This document shows positions 1 through 10,429 of a stretch of 35,709 bases of DNA, one piece after another (the stretch's first letter is position 1; every line of letters begins with the position of its first letter). The stretch spans positions 1 to 35,709 of the forward strand of contig JANQHP010000171.1 of assembly GCA_028282625.1 (NCBI GenBank). The letters run 5' to 3'. Source of the stretch: Rickettsiales bacterium. Lineage in GTDB: Bacteria > Pseudomonadota > Alphaproteobacteria > Rickettsiales > UBA8987. Both the position numbers and the translations under genes were made by a program. The notes under the pieces were generated by a model. The model was not told the origin of the DNA, did no database searches, and saw nothing but the letters and a program-made list of their open reading frames with translations.

Positions 1-1455
1 CAGGATACCATTAGCGAAAGCGCCCTGACCCAAAACGCACGCCTGCTGGAAAAGGTCTTGGAAGATTTCGGCGTGCAGGGCAGCATCACCGCCGTGCACC
101 CTGGGCCGGTGGTCACCCTCTATGAGCTAGAACCTTCGCCGGGCACCAAATCCTCGCGTGTGGTAGGCCTTTCCGATGATATCGCGCGCTCCATGAGTGC
201 GGTTTCCGCCCGTATTGCCGTCATCCCCGGGCAGAATGCCATTGGGATTGAGCTTCCCAACCAAAAGCGGGAAACCGTTTTCCTGCGTGAGCTTCTTGAA
301 AGCAAGGAGTTCAAAAAAAGCAAAGCCAAGCTCCCGCTTTCTTTGGGCAAAAATATTGGCGGAGAGTCGGTGATTATCGACCTGGCGAAAACACCGCATC
401 TGCTGGTGGCAGGCACCACTGGCTCGGGGAAATCCGTGGGCCTAAACGCCATGATCCTCTCCCTGCTCTACCGCTACGGGCCGGAAGAGTGCAAGTTCAT
501 CATGGTCGATCCGAAAATGCTGGAACTTTCCGCCTACCAGAACATCCCACATCTGCTGACGCCTGTGGTCACCGAGCCCGCGAAAGCGGTGGTGGCGCTG
601 AAATGGACCGTCAAAGAGATGGAAAACCGCTACCGGTTGATGTCCAATTTGCGCGTCCGCAATGTGGAAGGCTACAACCAAAAAATTGTGGAAGCCAAAA
701 AGAAGGGGGAAGTGCTCACACGCTCGGTCCAAACTGGATTCGATACCGAAACAGGTCAGCCTGTATTTGAAGACGTGGCACTTGATATGACACCCCTGCC
801 CTTCATTGTTGTGATTGTGGATGAAATGGCCGATCTCATGCTAGTTGCCGGCAAAGATATTGAAGTATCCGTCCAGCGCCTAGCCCAGATGGCGCGTGCG
901 GCGGGCATCCATATTATTCTGGCCACCCAGCGCCCATCGGTGGATGTCATCACCGGTATCATCAAAGCCAATTTCCCAACACGCATCAGCTTTCAGGTCA
1001 CCTCCAAAGTGGATAGCCGCACTATCCTTGGTGAGCAAGGCGCCGAACAATTGCTCGGCATGGGTGATATGCTCTATATGTCGGGTGGCAGCCGCATCAT
1101 CCGTGTACATGGCCCCTTTGTGAGCGACCAGGAGGTGGAAGATGTGACTCGTTTCATCAAGCAGCAAGGCGCCCCTTCCTATATTAACGCTGTGACTACC
1201 GATACCAACGATGACATGGGTACTGGCATGATGATGGCTAGCAGCAGCGACGAAAACAAGGATACCCTTTATGATCAAGCTGTGGCACTGGTCTGCCGCG
1301 AGAAAAAAACCTCCATCAGCTTTGTGCAGCGCGCCTTAAAAATTGGCTATAACCGCGCCGCCAATATCATCGAACAAATGGAAGAAGATGGCATCCTCAG
1401 CGCACCCAATCATAGCGGCAAACGTGAAATCCTCACGCCTGATGACAATGTATAA
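1..1455 (+). CDS. ftsK: DNA translocase FtsK, C-terminal motor and gamma domains (5'-truncated by window edge)
   Basis: Frame 1 is open from nt 1 ([19 protein letters not shown] precedes the tracked ORF), so the TTG at 58 is not the true start. Walker A GTTGSGKS, Walker B-like [19 protein letters not shown] motif, and a C-terminal winged-helix gamma domain ([28 protein letters not shown]). Confidence 0.95.
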   Translation, partial: QDTISESALTQNARLLEKVLEDFGVQGSITAVHPGPVVTLYELEPSPGTKSSRVVGLSDDIARSMSAVSARIAVIPGQNAIGIELPNQKRETVFLRELLESKEFKKSKAKLPLSLGKNIGGESVIIDLAKTPHLLVAGTTGSGKSVGLNAMILSLLYRYGPEECKFIMVDPKMLELSAYQNIPHLLTPVVTEPAKAVVALKWTVKEMENRYRLMSNLRVRNVEGYNQKIVEAKKKGEVLTRSVQTGFDTETGQPVFEDVALDMTPLPFIVVIVDEMADLMLVAGKDIEVSVQRLAQMARAAGIHIILATQRPSVDVITGIIKANFPTRISFQVTSKVDSRTILGEQGAEQLLGMGDMLYMSGGSRIIRVHGPFVSDQEVEDVTRFIKQQGAPSYINAVTTDTNDDMGTGMMMASSSDENKDTLYDQAVALVCREKKTSISFVQRALKIGYNRAANIIEQMEEDGILSAPNHSGKREILTPDDNV

Positions 1456-2185
1456 ACTGGCCCACACAACCCTCGCGCCCTACATAACCCTCGCGCTATG
1501 CATGCTGCTAGCCATCACAGGCTACGGGTTGCCGCTTGAGGCACAAACTTCTCGCTTCGACCGCTTCCATAGCGATGCGTTTAAGCACAATACCCCGATA
1601 GACCCTTCGCGCTATACCAAGCAACTGCAGGAAATCGAACAATACCTCAATAGCTTTACCACACTTTCGGCTACATTCACGCAAAGCACCCCACCAAGCG
1701 GCACCCTTACATCCGGCAAGCTTTATATTGCCAGGCCGAACAAGGCACGTCTTGAATACCAAGGCTCTTCTGCCACCGAGCTTGTCATACATGGCAAAAG
1801 GCTGATGTATTACGACAAAGAGTTGGACCAGGTGAGTTACGCCGATGTGCCACCCACACCCTTTATGATATTGCTGCAACACAATATCGAGCTTATGGGG
1901 CCATCGGTCACGCTGCACCATTTCCGCGATAAAACGCACCAATATATTCTGACCTTTTCTTTGAACAACCAAGAGCAAGAAGAAGCGCCCAAAGAATTTT
2001 TTACCCTCACCTTTGAGCGCGAGTTGCAAAATCATCGCTACACACTCACCCTTTCGCGAATTGACATTACCGATAGCAGCTACACCTCAACCGTGGTATT
2101 CTTAAGCAATCTGTTGCTCAATTCCCCTTTGGATAAAGCGCTCTTTTCCCTATCCAACCCGAAAAACCAACGCCCAAGAAAGTAA
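1442..2185 (+). CDS. lolA: Outer-membrane lipoprotein carrier protein LolA-like
   Basis: ATG at 1442 (or 1448) overlaps the ftsK stop codon. N-terminal signal peptide ([26 protein letters not shown]). LolA-like core [53 protein letters not shown]. ftsK-lolA adjacency is a widely conserved proteobacterial arrangement. The tracked start at 1343 lies inside ftsK and was rejected. Confidence 0.85.
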   Translation: MTMYKLAHTTLAPYITLALCMLLAITGYGLPLEAQTSRFDRFHSDAFKHNTPIDPSRYTKQLQEIEQYLNSFTTLSATFTQSTPPSGTLTSGKLYIARPNKARLEYQGSSATELVIHGKRLMYYDKELDQVSYADVPPTPFMILLQHNIELMGPSVTLHHFRDKTHQYILTFSLNNQEQEEAPKEFFTLTFERELQNHRYTLTLSRIDITDSSYTSTVVFLSNLLLNSPLDKALFSLSNPKNQRPRK

Positions 2186-2206
2186 TATCAACCCATAGGA
2201 GATAGT

Positions 2207-2692
2207 ATGCCAAGTTTTGACATCGTATCCGAAGTCGATTTGCAAGAAGTAGAAAACGCCATTCAGGGCGTTGCCAGAGAAATCAAGCAGCGCTACGACT
2301 TTAAGGGCAGCCAGTCTTCTATCACACGTGAAGAGCAGACCATCACATTGCTCGCCGATGATGATCTGCGCCACAAGGCCATGATAGATATGCTCAAAGT
2401 GCATCTCACGCGGCGTAAAATAGATGCCAATGCGCTGGATATGGGTAAGGCTGAGCAGGCCTCAGGCAACATGGTGCGCCAAGTCCTCACCGTACGTCAG
2501 GGGATCGACCAGCCGACTGCCAAGCAAATCACCAAATCCATTAAGGAACAGAAGCTTAAAGTCCAAGCCTCGATTCGCGGGGAAGAGATTCGCGTGACCG
2601 GCAAAAAACGGGACGATTTGCAGCAAACCATCACGGCAATCAAAGCGCTCAACATCGCCCTGCCGCTGCAATATATTAATTTCCGGGACTAA
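2207..2692 (+). CDS. yajQ: YajQ family (UPF0234) nucleotide / cyclic-di-GMP-binding protein
   Basis: Characteristic N-terminus MPSFDIVSEVDLQEVENAI and typical 161-aa length. AGGAGA Shine-Dalgarno 7 nt upstream of the ATG. Confidence 0.9.
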   Translation: MPSFDIVSEVDLQEVENAIQGVAREIKQRYDFKGSQSSITREEQTITLLADDDLRHKAMIDMLKVHLTRRKIDANALDMGKAEQASGNMVRQVLTVRQGIDQPTAKQITKSIKEQKLKVQASIRGEEIRVTGKKRDDLQQTITAIKALNIALPLQYINFRD

Positions 2693-2706
2693 TCAGCGGG
2701 CAACAA

Positions 2707-3435
2707 CTATCTGGCGTTCCAAAGAGGGTCCGAAAGTTTGGAAAGGAAGGCCTGATGCGCCTCTTCCTCCTCTTGGGTAGGGGCATGGGGCCGGATCGGT
2801 TGCACCTTCGATGTCGCTGGCGCAAGACTCGCAGAAGATCGCGTAGCAGCGTCCTCCTCTAAAGCAACCTTCGTACGACCCGCATCGTGTAAATTCATAC
2901 GAATTTGTACCCCGCCCATCAACTCCAGATACATATCCGCCAGCAGTTCGGCATCCAACAGCGCCCCGTGCTTTTCACGGGCAGAATTATCCACATGAAA
3001 ACGCTTACACAGCGCATCCAGGCTAGCAGGCGAACCCGGAAAGGTTTTGCGCGCATGTTTTAGCGTACAAAACACCTGGCTATCTGGCAAAGGCTCCTGT
3101 TTGATAGTGCGCAATTCTGCATTGATAAAACGCATATCAAAATCTGCATTATGAATCACAAGCTTGGCATCTCCTACAAACGCAAGAAACGCCTCGGCCA
3201 CTTCGCTAAAAAGCGGCTTGTCCGATAAAAATTCTTCGGAAAGCCCATGCACCCGAAAAGCCTGCTCGGGCATATCCCGTTGCGGATTGATGTACACATG
3301 GAAATTCCGACCCGTACGGATACGATTTTCCATCTCCACACACCCAATTTCAACCAGCCGATGCCCTTCTGTGGGTGAAAGGCCGGTGGTCTCCGTATCT
3401 AGCGCAATTTCACGACGCGTTTCTTCAGACGCCAT
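2707..3435 (-). CDS. dnaQ: DNA polymerase III subunit epsilon (3'-5' proofreading exonuclease)
   Basis: DEDDh exonuclease motifs: ExoI ALDTETTGL, ExoII VIHNADFDMRF, ExoIII HGALLDAELLADMY. 242 aa. Confidence 0.93.
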   Translation of the reverse strand: MASEETRREIALDTETTGLSPTEGHRLVEIGCVEMENRIRTGRNFHVYINPQRDMPEQAFRVHGLSEEFLSDKPLFSEVAEAFLAFVGDAKLVIHNADFDMRFINAELRTIKQEPLPDSQVFCTLKHARKTFPGSPASLDALCKRFHVDNSAREKHGALLDAELLADMYLELMGGVQIRMNLHDAGRTKVALEEDAATRSSASLAPATSKVQPIRPHAPTQEEEEAHQAFLSKLSDPLWNAR

Positions 3436-3440
3436 ATTTT

Positions 3441-3806
3441 CTAAACCGCAAAGCTATTCCCGCAACCGCATGTGGCGCTAGCATTGGGGTTGCGTATCTC
3501 AAAATGAGCTGCCCCCAAGGTTTCCACATAATCCAGCACCGCATTATCTAAAAAAGGTAGGGAAACGGAGTCCACCGCTACTTTAGCCCCATCTTTTTCG
3601 AGCAACATGTCATCTTCTGCAATGCGTTTGTCAAAATCAAACTTATATTGAAAACCCGAACATCCACCGCCATCCACGGCAATACGCAGCACCGTATCCC
3701 CATCAGAATCACTTTCGGATTCCTGGTTCAGTAAAAAAGCAATGCGCTGCACGGCACTATCGGTTAGGGCAAAAGGAGTATCCATTGACGTTGATTTATC
3801 GGGCAT
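3441..3806 (-). CDS. erpA: Iron-sulfur cluster insertion protein (HesB/IscA/ErpA family)
   Basis: A-type carrier signature: GGCSGFQY and C-terminal CGCGNSFAV. The start could alternatively be the ATG at 3785. Confidence 0.85.
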   Translation of the reverse strand: MPDKSTSMDTPFALTDSAVQRIAFLLNQESESDSDGDTVLRIAVDGGGCSGFQYKFDFDKRIAEDDMLLEKDGAKVAVDSVSLPFLDNAVLDYVETLGAAHFEIRNPNASATCGCGNSFAV

Positions 3807-3845
3807 GGTAACAGTAACAAATGGTGAACAAACGATGCGTCATAC

Positions 3846-5051
3846 ATGAATCAATATAATACTATTCCAGGCATTTTTCCAGCCCCTTATGCCTGTTATC
3901 CACAAGAAAGCCGTGGCAGATACCACCGCGAAGAAGAACATCAAGGGCGCTCGCCCTATCAACGGGACCGCGACCGCATTATCCATGCCACGGCCTTTCG
4001 AAGGCTGGAATATAAAACCCAAGTCTTCGTTTACAATGAAGGCGACCATTACCGTACACGCCTCACGCACAGCCTGGAAGTCGCCCAGCTTGCACGCTCC
4101 ATCTGCCGGGAGCTTGGCGCGAATGAAGACGTGGCCGAAGCGGTAGCCCTGGCGCATGATATGGGTCACCCCCCCTTTGGTCACGCAGGCGAGGCCAGCT
4201 TAAACCATTGCATGGCCGAATATGGCGGCTTTGACCACAACGCCCAAACCTTACGCATTCTCACACATTTAGAGCAAAAATATGCCGCCTTTGATGGCCT
4301 CAACCTCACCTGGGAGTCTTTGGAAGGCATCGTCAAGCATAACGGCCCTTTACTCGAGCACAAAAAACCGATTCACCACTCCATCCTTGCTTACAACAAC
4401 CAACATGACCTCATGCTTGGTTCTTGGCCAGCACTTGAGGCACAAATTGCTGCGATTAGCGATGATATCGCATACAACAACCACGATCTGGAAGATGGTA
4501 TCCGGGCCGGGCTTTTTACATTGGAGGAAGCAAGAGAACACATTCCCTTGGTCGAAGAAACGCTGCAAGCCATAGAACAGGACCACCAAGCCCTCTCTTT
4601 ATCGCGCGTCTTGCATGAACTAAAGCGCCGTATGATCCATAAAATGGTCGTGGATCTAGTCCATTTTACCCGCGCATGCTTAAAGCATCACAACATTGAA
4701 ACAGCAGAAGATATCAGAAACCAGAACCAGGGCATGGTCGCCTTTAGCGAAGAGATGGCCACCCATTGCGCATCCTTTAAAACATTCTTGATGCAGCACA
4801 TGTACCGCCACTATAAAGTCAACCGCATGACCCGCAAAGTCCAACAGGTGGTGCACGATTTATTCCATGTATTGTTCGAAGAACCCCAATGCCTGCCACC
4901 AGAATGGTCCAACCGTTTTACTTCCTCCTCCAACAAAACCGAGCAGGCCATTGTGGTCAGCGATTTTATTGCTGGCATGACCGACCGTTTTGCCTTAGAA
5001 GAGCATGCACGGCTACTTAACCCTACCTTTCGGTTAATTGGCAACATGTAA
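3846..5051 (+). CDS. dgt: dGTP triphosphohydrolase-like HD-domain protein
   Basis: SPYQRDRDRIIHATAFRRLEYKTQVF, HD-domain motifs RLTHSLEVAQLARSI and HDMGHPPFGH, and C-terminal DFIAGMTDRFALEEH. Confidence 0.9.
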   Translation: MNQYNTIPGIFPAPYACYPQESRGRYHREEEHQGRSPYQRDRDRIIHATAFRRLEYKTQVFVYNEGDHYRTRLTHSLEVAQLARSICRELGANEDVAEAVALAHDMGHPPFGHAGEASLNHCMAEYGGFDHNAQTLRILTHLEQKYAAFDGLNLTWESLEGIVKHNGPLLEHKKPIHHSILAYNNQHDLMLGSWPALEAQIAAISDDIAYNNHDLEDGIRAGLFTLEEAREHIPLVEETLQAIEQDHQALSLSRVLHELKRRMIHKMVVDLVHFTRACLKHHNIETAEDIRNQNQGMVAFSEEMATHCASFKTFLMQHMYRHYKVNRMTRKVQQVVHDLFHVLFEEPQCLPPEWSNRFTSSSNKTEQAIVVSDFIAGMTDRFALEEHARLLNPTFRLIGNM

Positions 5052-5082
5052 TTGCTTGACCCACTATTAGCCCAAGATACCC

Positions 5083-6852
5083 ATGCACCTCTTTCAGCAG
5101 GCACGCACGCTCATTATTGCCACGTTAAGGGAGTATATTACCTCAGGCTTCTTGCCCGAAGATATCCCCCTAGACGCGATCACCGCTGAACCGCCGAAGA
5201 ACGCCGCACACGGGGATATTGCGCCCAACGCGGCGATGGTGGTGAGTAAGGCGGCGAAAAAACCTCCAAGAGAGATCGCGGAAAAACTGGCAGAAAAGCT
5301 AGGCCACGCAAGCTTTATCACGCATGTCACCATTGCAGGCCCTGGTTTTATCAACCTGCATCTAACAGCTGAATGCTGGCTGGAGCTGCTTCAGTCCATC
5401 CTAAAGCAAGGCACAGCATATGGGGATGGCGCGCTAGACGAAGCAGAAAAAGAGCGTATCAACATTGAATATGTCTCGGCCAACCCCACCGGCCCGGTCC
5501 ATATCGGGCATGCTCGTGGCGCGGTGATCGGCGATGTACTGGCCAATCTTTTAGCCAAGGCCGGGCATCATGTGACCAAAGAATATTACATCAACGATGC
5601 CGGCAACCAAATGGATATCCTGGCAAAATCTGCTTATTTACGCTACCAGGAAGCACTTGGCAAAACGATTGAAACCATGCCGGAGGGCTTGTATCCCGGG
5701 GATTACCTTGTGTCTGTGGGTAAAGCACTCGCCGCATCATTGGGAGATAGCCTGTGCAGCCTGCCTGAAGAGGAGTGGCTTCCACCCGTACGTCACGCGG
5801 CAACCGATCAGATGATGGAGCGCATCCGTACCGATCTTGCTTCCATGGGCATTACCCATGATATTTTTACCTCCGAGCGAGCACTCATAGAGCAAGATGC
5901 CATTGAGAAAGGCCTGGCAATATTGCAAAAAGCGGGGCTGGTCTATACCGGTGTGCTAGATGCCCCCAAAGGCAAAGCGCCGCCAGAAGATTGGGAACCA
6001 CAAGAACAGCTCTTATTTCGCTCCAGCGCGTTTGGCGATGACAGCGACCGCCCTTTAAAAAAATCGGATGGCACTACCACCTATTTTGCGTCCGATGTCG
6101 CCTATCACCACGACAAGCTGAAAAGAAATTTTTATCGCATGATTGTGATACTGGGCGCTGACCATGGCGGCTACGTTAAACGGCTGCAAGCGTTAGTCAG
6201 TGCCCTGGCTTCTGCCATGCACACCCACGCCAACCTGGATGCCTTGCTCTACCAGCTGGTGCATTTTTACGACCAGGGCAAGCCTATGAAAATGTCGAAA
6301 CGGGCGGGCACCTATGTCACGGTGCAAGATGTCATTGATGCCGTAGGCAAAGATGCACTACGCTTCCTCATGCTGACCAGAAAAGCCGATGCACCGCTGG
6401 ATTTTGACCTGCAAAAAGCCACCGAGCAGTCCAAAGACAACCCAATATTTTACGTACAATATGCCCATGCGCGTATTTGTTCTGTGCTAAGACGCGCTAA
6501 AGAGGAAATAGAAGGCGACACACCCCACGCTAAAGAAGAAGTACCCCTTTCCACCCTATCGCTACTCACCCACCCGGCAGAAAAATCGCTGATGCAATTA
6601 CTCGCACAATGGCCTCGTATTGTGGAGTCATCGGCCAAGCTCTCTGAGCCACATCGCATCGCCTATTATGTGCAGGATGTCGCCGCTTCATTGCATGGGC
6701 TGTGGAATTTAGGCAAAGAAGAAGATATTCGCTTTATCGTGCCAGAAGAAAAAACGCTCACACAAGCACGATTAGCACTCCTGCAGGCCACGGCCATCAC
6801 CATTGCATCGGGACTGAAGGTGATGGGCATCACACCGCTGGAATCCATGTAA
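5083..6852 (+). CDS. argS: Arginine--tRNA ligase
   Basis: Class I synthetase HIGH-type motif (SANPTGPVHIGHARG), MSKRAG in place of KMSKS, and a C-terminal anticodon-binding DALR region. 589 aa. Confidence 0.97.
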   Translation: MHLFQQARTLIIATLREYITSGFLPEDIPLDAITAEPPKNAAHGDIAPNAAMVVSKAAKKPPREIAEKLAEKLGHASFITHVTIAGPGFINLHLTAECWLELLQSILKQGTAYGDGALDEAEKERINIEYVSANPTGPVHIGHARGAVIGDVLANLLAKAGHHVTKEYYINDAGNQMDILAKSAYLRYQEALGKTIETMPEGLYPGDYLVSVGKALAASLGDSLCSLPEEEWLPPVRHAATDQMMERIRTDLASMGITHDIFTSERALIEQDAIEKGLAILQKAGLVYTGVLDAPKGKAPPEDWEPQEQLLFRSSAFGDDSDRPLKKSDGTTTYFASDVAYHHDKLKRNFYRMIVILGADHGGYVKRLQALVSALASAMHTHANLDALLYQLVHFYDQGKPMKMSKRAGTYVTVQDVIDAVGKDALRFLMLTRKADAPLDFDLQKATEQSKDNPIFYVQYAHARICSVLRRAKEEIEGDTPHAKEEVPLSTLSLLTHPAEKSLMQLLAQWPRIVESSAKLSEPHRIAYYVQDVAASLHGLWNLGKEEDIRFIVPEEKTLTQARLALLQATAITIASGLKVMGITPLESM

Positions 6853-7033
6853 CGCAACAGGTTTGGCTTTTTAGATACGGTTCTTCAAGTCTTTGCGCGC
6901 AGCATTTTAGAGCTTTTTGCAGCGTAAAAGGGTCAAAAGAATGCCTCAAATGCATTTGAGAGCAGTGTCTAGAGGGTTGCATGTTCAAAATGGTATCTAT
7001 ATTTATGAAGATATCAAAGAGGTTACGAGCCTA

Positions 7034-7963
7034 ATGAACAACACACCTTCCCCTTCCATCGCATCGCCTTCCCATTTTAAACGTATCCTTTCTACCATCT
7101 CCATGGTGGTGGCGATGACCGGGCTTTTCATACTCGGATGGCTTGCCTATGAGGAAAATATCACCCCCACCACACAAGAAGATATTCCTCTTGTTAAAAA
7201 AGACCCCAAACCTTTTAAAGTGAAGCCAGAAGAACGCGGTGGCATGCAGATACCCCACCAGGATAAACAAATTTTCTCTGTTATGCGTCAAGAGACCACC
7301 ACCGGCGATGAAAAAAATATCGACTTCTTATCCAAAGAACCAACCCTGGTCAATCGTGAAGAAGCGCTGGAGCAAACCACCAACACACAGGCCCATCCTT
7401 TACGTCCCGATGAAATGGCGCCTGTACCGGGCATGGCAACCACTCCCACCGCTGCCACTACACCCCACCTCGAAGATGCCATGGCCGCCACGCAAGCACA
7501 GCCTCAGATTAAGGTGAACGTACTCAAGCGTCAAAACACGCAAGGCAAGGAAATCCAGCGCATTCAACTCTCGCAGGTGCCACACACACCCAAGCGCAAA
7601 TATGCTACGGTGAAAAAAGCCTATACCCCACCAGCAAATAGTACATCATCGCCGGCCACTTCCACAGAAACTGCTGCTTCTTCTCAAAAGAGCCGCGTAC
7701 CGCTGAGCCAAATGCGTGGCTATCGTGCGCAACTGGGCTCTTATCGAAGCCTTGATCGGCTGGAGCAAGGCTGGAATGGGCTTCAGTCACGTTTTCCTGC
7801 GCTACTTGATACACTAGACTATACAGCGCAACGGGTCACCATTGCAGGCCGTGGTGTTTTCTTTAGGCTGCAGGCGGGTCCTTTTCCTACCAAAGAGGAT
7901 GTCCGTAGTTTTTGTAAAAAAATGCAGTCTAAAAACGAAGGCTGCTTACTGGCACGCGAATAG
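7034..7963 (+). CDS. SPOR-domain (septal peptidoglycan-binding) membrane protein
   Basis: Start chosen at ATG 7034, with AAAGAGG about 11 nt upstream. One TM segment (ISMVVAMTGLFILGWLAY), a Pro/Thr/Ala-rich linker, and a C-terminal SPOR-like domain (GYRAQLGSYRSLDRLEQGW...VFFRLQAGPFPTKEDVRSFCKKM). The position after argS matches conserved alphaproteobacterial synteny. Confidence 0.8.
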   Translation: MNNTPSPSIASPSHFKRILSTISMVVAMTGLFILGWLAYEENITPTTQEDIPLVKKDPKPFKVKPEERGGMQIPHQDKQIFSVMRQETTTGDEKNIDFLSKEPTLVNREEALEQTTNTQAHPLRPDEMAPVPGMATTPTAATTPHLEDAMAATQAQPQIKVNVLKRQNTQGKEIQRIQLSQVPHTPKRKYATVKKAYTPPANSTSSPATSTETAASSQKSRVPLSQMRGYRAQLGSYRSLDRLEQGWNGLQSRFPALLDTLDYTAQRVTIAGRGVFFRLQAGPFPTKEDVRSFCKKMQSKNEGCLLARE

Positions 7964-7979
7964 GCTCTGTTGAGATTGT

Positions 7980-8930
7980 ATGCCCTTACCCGCTCCGGCC
8001 ATCTTTAGCCTCTCAGGGCTTGTTTTAACAGAAAACGAGTGCGTGCTACTGCGGCAAACAAAGCCCGCTGGCATCATCCTCTTTGCACGCAATATTGTAT
8101 CACCGGAGCAAGTAAAAAAGCTGATAGGTCAGTGCCACGAAGCGGTTGAAACCAAAGAGCTATTAGTCACAGTTGACCAAGAAGGCGGTCGAGTGGCACG
8201 CCTGAAGCCACCCCATTGGCCCTCCTTTCCTCCTGTGGCAAACCTTACCGCAATGGCATCACAAGATATGGCAAAAGCCGAACAAAATGTGTACGACCAC
8301 TATGCTGCGATTGGTAACATACTCAAAGATCTAGGTTTTAATACCAATTGTGCACCGGTGTTGGATATCCCCACACCAGGCAGTGATGCCATTGTAGGTG
8401 ACCGTGCCTTTAGCGATAACCCCGAACGCACAAGCCGTTTGGCAGAAGTAGCCTGCCGTGCGCTGGAAGACCAGCATATTTGGCCGGTGCTGAAACATAT
8501 CCCAGGCCATGGGCGCGCTACGGTCGACAGCCACAAAGCCCTGCCTACGGTCCATACCCCATTGGAAGAGCTTGAAAAAACAGACTTTGTGCCCTTTTTC
8601 CACCTGCGCCACCAGCACATGGCGATGACCGCCCATATTTGCTATACGGCCCTGGATGCCGAAAATTGTGCCACTTTTTCTGCAAAAGCAATCCACACCA
8701 TCCGGCACACCATTGGGTTTGATGGTTTGCTCATGAGCGATGATCTGGCCATGGAAGCGCTTTCTGGCAGCCTGGAAAGCAGAGCATCGCGTGCGCTTGC
8801 AGCCGGTTGTGACATCGTTTTGCACTGCACCGGTAAATTTAAAGAATTAGAAACCCTTGCCGACCACTTGCCCGCCATGTCAAATAAAGCAGCCGCGAGG
8901 TGGAAAAATATCTGGAAATCAGATAGTTAA
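7980..8930 (+). CDS. nagZ: Beta-N-acetylhexosaminidase (GH3, peptidoglycan recycling)
   Basis: GH3 NagZ motifs: VDQEGGRVARL, KHIPGHG, GLLMSDDLAMEAL. 316 aa. Confidence 0.92.
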   Translation: MPLPAPAIFSLSGLVLTENECVLLRQTKPAGIILFARNIVSPEQVKKLIGQCHEAVETKELLVTVDQEGGRVARLKPPHWPSFPPVANLTAMASQDMAKAEQNVYDHYAAIGNILKDLGFNTNCAPVLDIPTPGSDAIVGDRAFSDNPERTSRLAEVACRALEDQHIWPVLKHIPGHGRATVDSHKALPTVHTPLEELEKTDFVPFFHLRHQHMAMTAHICYTALDAENCATFSAKAIHTIRHTIGFDGLLMSDDLAMEALSGSLESRASRALAAGCDIVLHCTGKFKELETLADHLPAMSNKAAARWKNIWKSDS

Positions 8931-9057
8931 ATAAATCCTTTTTGAGGGGAAAATAATCCCCTCTACTCCACCAACTGCACCCCACCAATTTACTAGCCGT
9001 TTAGGGTTTTTTTAATACTTTTTCTTTATACTACAAAGGTAGGTAAAGGAAAATATT

Positions 9058-9387
9058 ATGCGATATACCACATCCATCATGGTCTTGCTTGCTGTGCTTG
9101 GCACTGCTGGCTGCGGCATGGGCACAGGATTAAACGAATGGGGCGGCTATAAGCTACTGAGCCCCAGGCCTTTTATGCAAAATCTACCGGAAGGACACGA
9201 CGATTATAGCCGTGGCTTTCGTGCAGGGTGCAGCAGCTTTACCCGCACCGTGGGGTCAGGATTGCTTCGGATGTACGATAGTGACATGTACGATCCGGAG
9301 GAAGGCATTGAAAACAATGAATACTACGCAGGCTACCGTATCGGCAGCTATTACTGCACCCAATATTTAGACGTAGAGCCCATCTAG
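9058..9387 (+). CDS. Small lipoprotein, array paralog 1 (most diverged member)
   Basis: Signal peptide with lipobox LGTAG|C. Shares the motifs Y-x-x-G-F-x-A-G-C-S-S and Y-Y-A-G-Y-x-x-x-x-Y-C, with 41 residues between the two Cys. AAAGGA Shine-Dalgarno upstream. Confidence 0.7.
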   Translation: MRYTTSIMVLLAVLGTAGCGMGTGLNEWGGYKLLSPRPFMQNLPEGHDDYSRGFRAGCSSFTRTVGSGLLRMYDSDMYDPEEGIENNEYYAGYRIGSYYCTQYLDVEPI

Positions 9388-9396
9388 GAAAGCAGG

Positions 9397-9732
9397 ATGC
9401 AACACACCCTCATACGCTTATCTATTCTTATGCTGCTGCCTCTGTTGATAACAGGGTGCAACGGCAAGAATGGTAGCTTTGATATCCGCAAACCGGCATC
9501 GCTAGATCTCACGCCTCCTCCAGGTCCACCAGAATATGAGCAAGGGTGGAGCGATGGGTGTGAAAGTGGCATGAACGCCTATGCGCATGACTTTTACAAA
9601 TCCCTTCGTGTCTTTGACTTAAGGCTGGACCCTGTACTGCGTCAAAACCGTATGTATTACCAAGTGTGGAAGGACGCCTTCCTCTATTGCGCCATTTATT
9701 ATGATTCGGCCATCAACAGTCGGAAATTGTAG
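9397..9732 (+). CDS. Small lipoprotein, array paralog 2
   Basis: Lipobox LLITG|C. Motifs PPEYEQGWSDGCESG and YYQVWKDAFLYC, with 42 residues between the two Cys. 9-nt gap from paralog 1. Confidence 0.75.
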   Translation: MQHTLIRLSILMLLPLLITGCNGKNGSFDIRKPASLDLTPPPGPPEYEQGWSDGCESGMNAYAHDFYKSLRVFDLRLDPVLRQNRMYYQVWKDAFLYCAIYYDSAINSRKL

Positions 9733-9742
9733 GAGAACCACC

Positions 9743-10075
9743 ATGATACCATCCCCTACATCTTCCATCCTGCTTACCACATTGCTGGTCCTGATGCTTT
9801 CTGCCTGCAGCCCTTTTCCGCCCTGGGCCAGAAAGCTGGAAAAAGGCCCTCCTTCTATGGGCGATAAAGAATATAACCCGCTCTACCTGCAAGGGTGGCA
9901 AGATGGATGCCATAGCGGCATCTCCGCTTCCACCAATCTTTGGTACAAGTTTCAGTATGGCTTTAAGCAAAATGCAGAATTGGCACAAGATACCGTCTAC
10001 TACAAAGGCTGGAAAGATGCTTTCGATCTTTGCCAGCGCTATACGTACCAATATCGCAGGAGGCCTTTCATTTAG
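9743..10075 (+). CDS. Small lipoprotein, array paralog 3
   Basis: ATG 9743 is preceded by AGGAGA (9731-9736), which overlaps the paralog 2 stop codon. Lipobox LMLSA|C. Motifs YLQGWQDGCHSG and YYKGWKDAFDLC, with 40 residues between the two Cys. The tracked start at 9701 was rejected because it lies inside paralog 2. Confidence 0.75.
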   Translation: MIPSPTSSILLTTLLVLMLSACSPFPPWARKLEKGPPSMGDKEYNPLYLQGWQDGCHSGISASTNLWYKFQYGFKQNAELAQDTVYYKGWKDAFDLCQRYTYQYRRRPFI

Positions 10076-10084
10076 GATTAGCCC

Positions 10085-10429
10085 ATGCGTATCATCACCC
10101 TCACCATCTTATGCACTCTGATTGTGACGCTTTCAGCATGTCAGCAATTTACCAAACCGCGCCCCTGGGGCTTGGGTGAAACACCTGATGGCACGCCTGA
10201 ATTCCGCAAAGGGTGGGAAGATGGATGCGACACCGGTTTACGTGCCTATGGTGGCCACTGGTACCGCAACCGCTCCGGCTACAAGCACTTCAAACAGGAC
10301 TTAACCCTCATTCACAATCCGGAATACTACCGCGCATGGCGCGATGCCTTTACCTATTGCCGTTGGTATGTGTGGAATTGGCAAAGGCCCGCGCGTGGCA
10401 CCAATAACAAATATGCGATCTTTTTCTAA
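10085..10429 (+). CDS. Small lipoprotein, array paralog 4
   Basis: Lipobox VTLSA|C. Motifs FRKGWEDGCDTG and YYRAWRDAFTYC, with 43 residues between the two Cys. 9-nt gap from paralog 3. Confidence 0.75.
   Translation: MRIITLTILCTLIVTLSACQQFTKPRPWGLGETPDGTPEFRKGWEDGCDTGLRAYGGHWYRNRSGYKHFKQDLTLIHNPEYYRAWRDAFTYCRWYVWNWQRPARGTNNKYAIFF

Noticed and set aside
1343-1441. Upstream-extended starts proposed by the ORF track: lolA at 1343, SPOR gene at 6917, paralog 3 at 9701, Pro-rich lipoprotein at 16245, yraN at 31582, LpoA-like gene at 32127
   Set aside because: These extensions run into the neighbouring gene and add non-signal-peptide sequence ahead of obvious signal peptides. They also lack Shine-Dalgarno sequences. 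Internal ATG/GTG codons with better context were used instead.
8944-8963. Hairpin GAGGGGA-AAATAA-TCCCCTC after nagZ as an intrinsic terminator
   Set aside because: The 7-bp stem is real, but it is followed by TACTCCACC rather than a U-tract. The nearest T-run (9007-9013) is about 45 nt away, so I cannot call a terminator with confidence.
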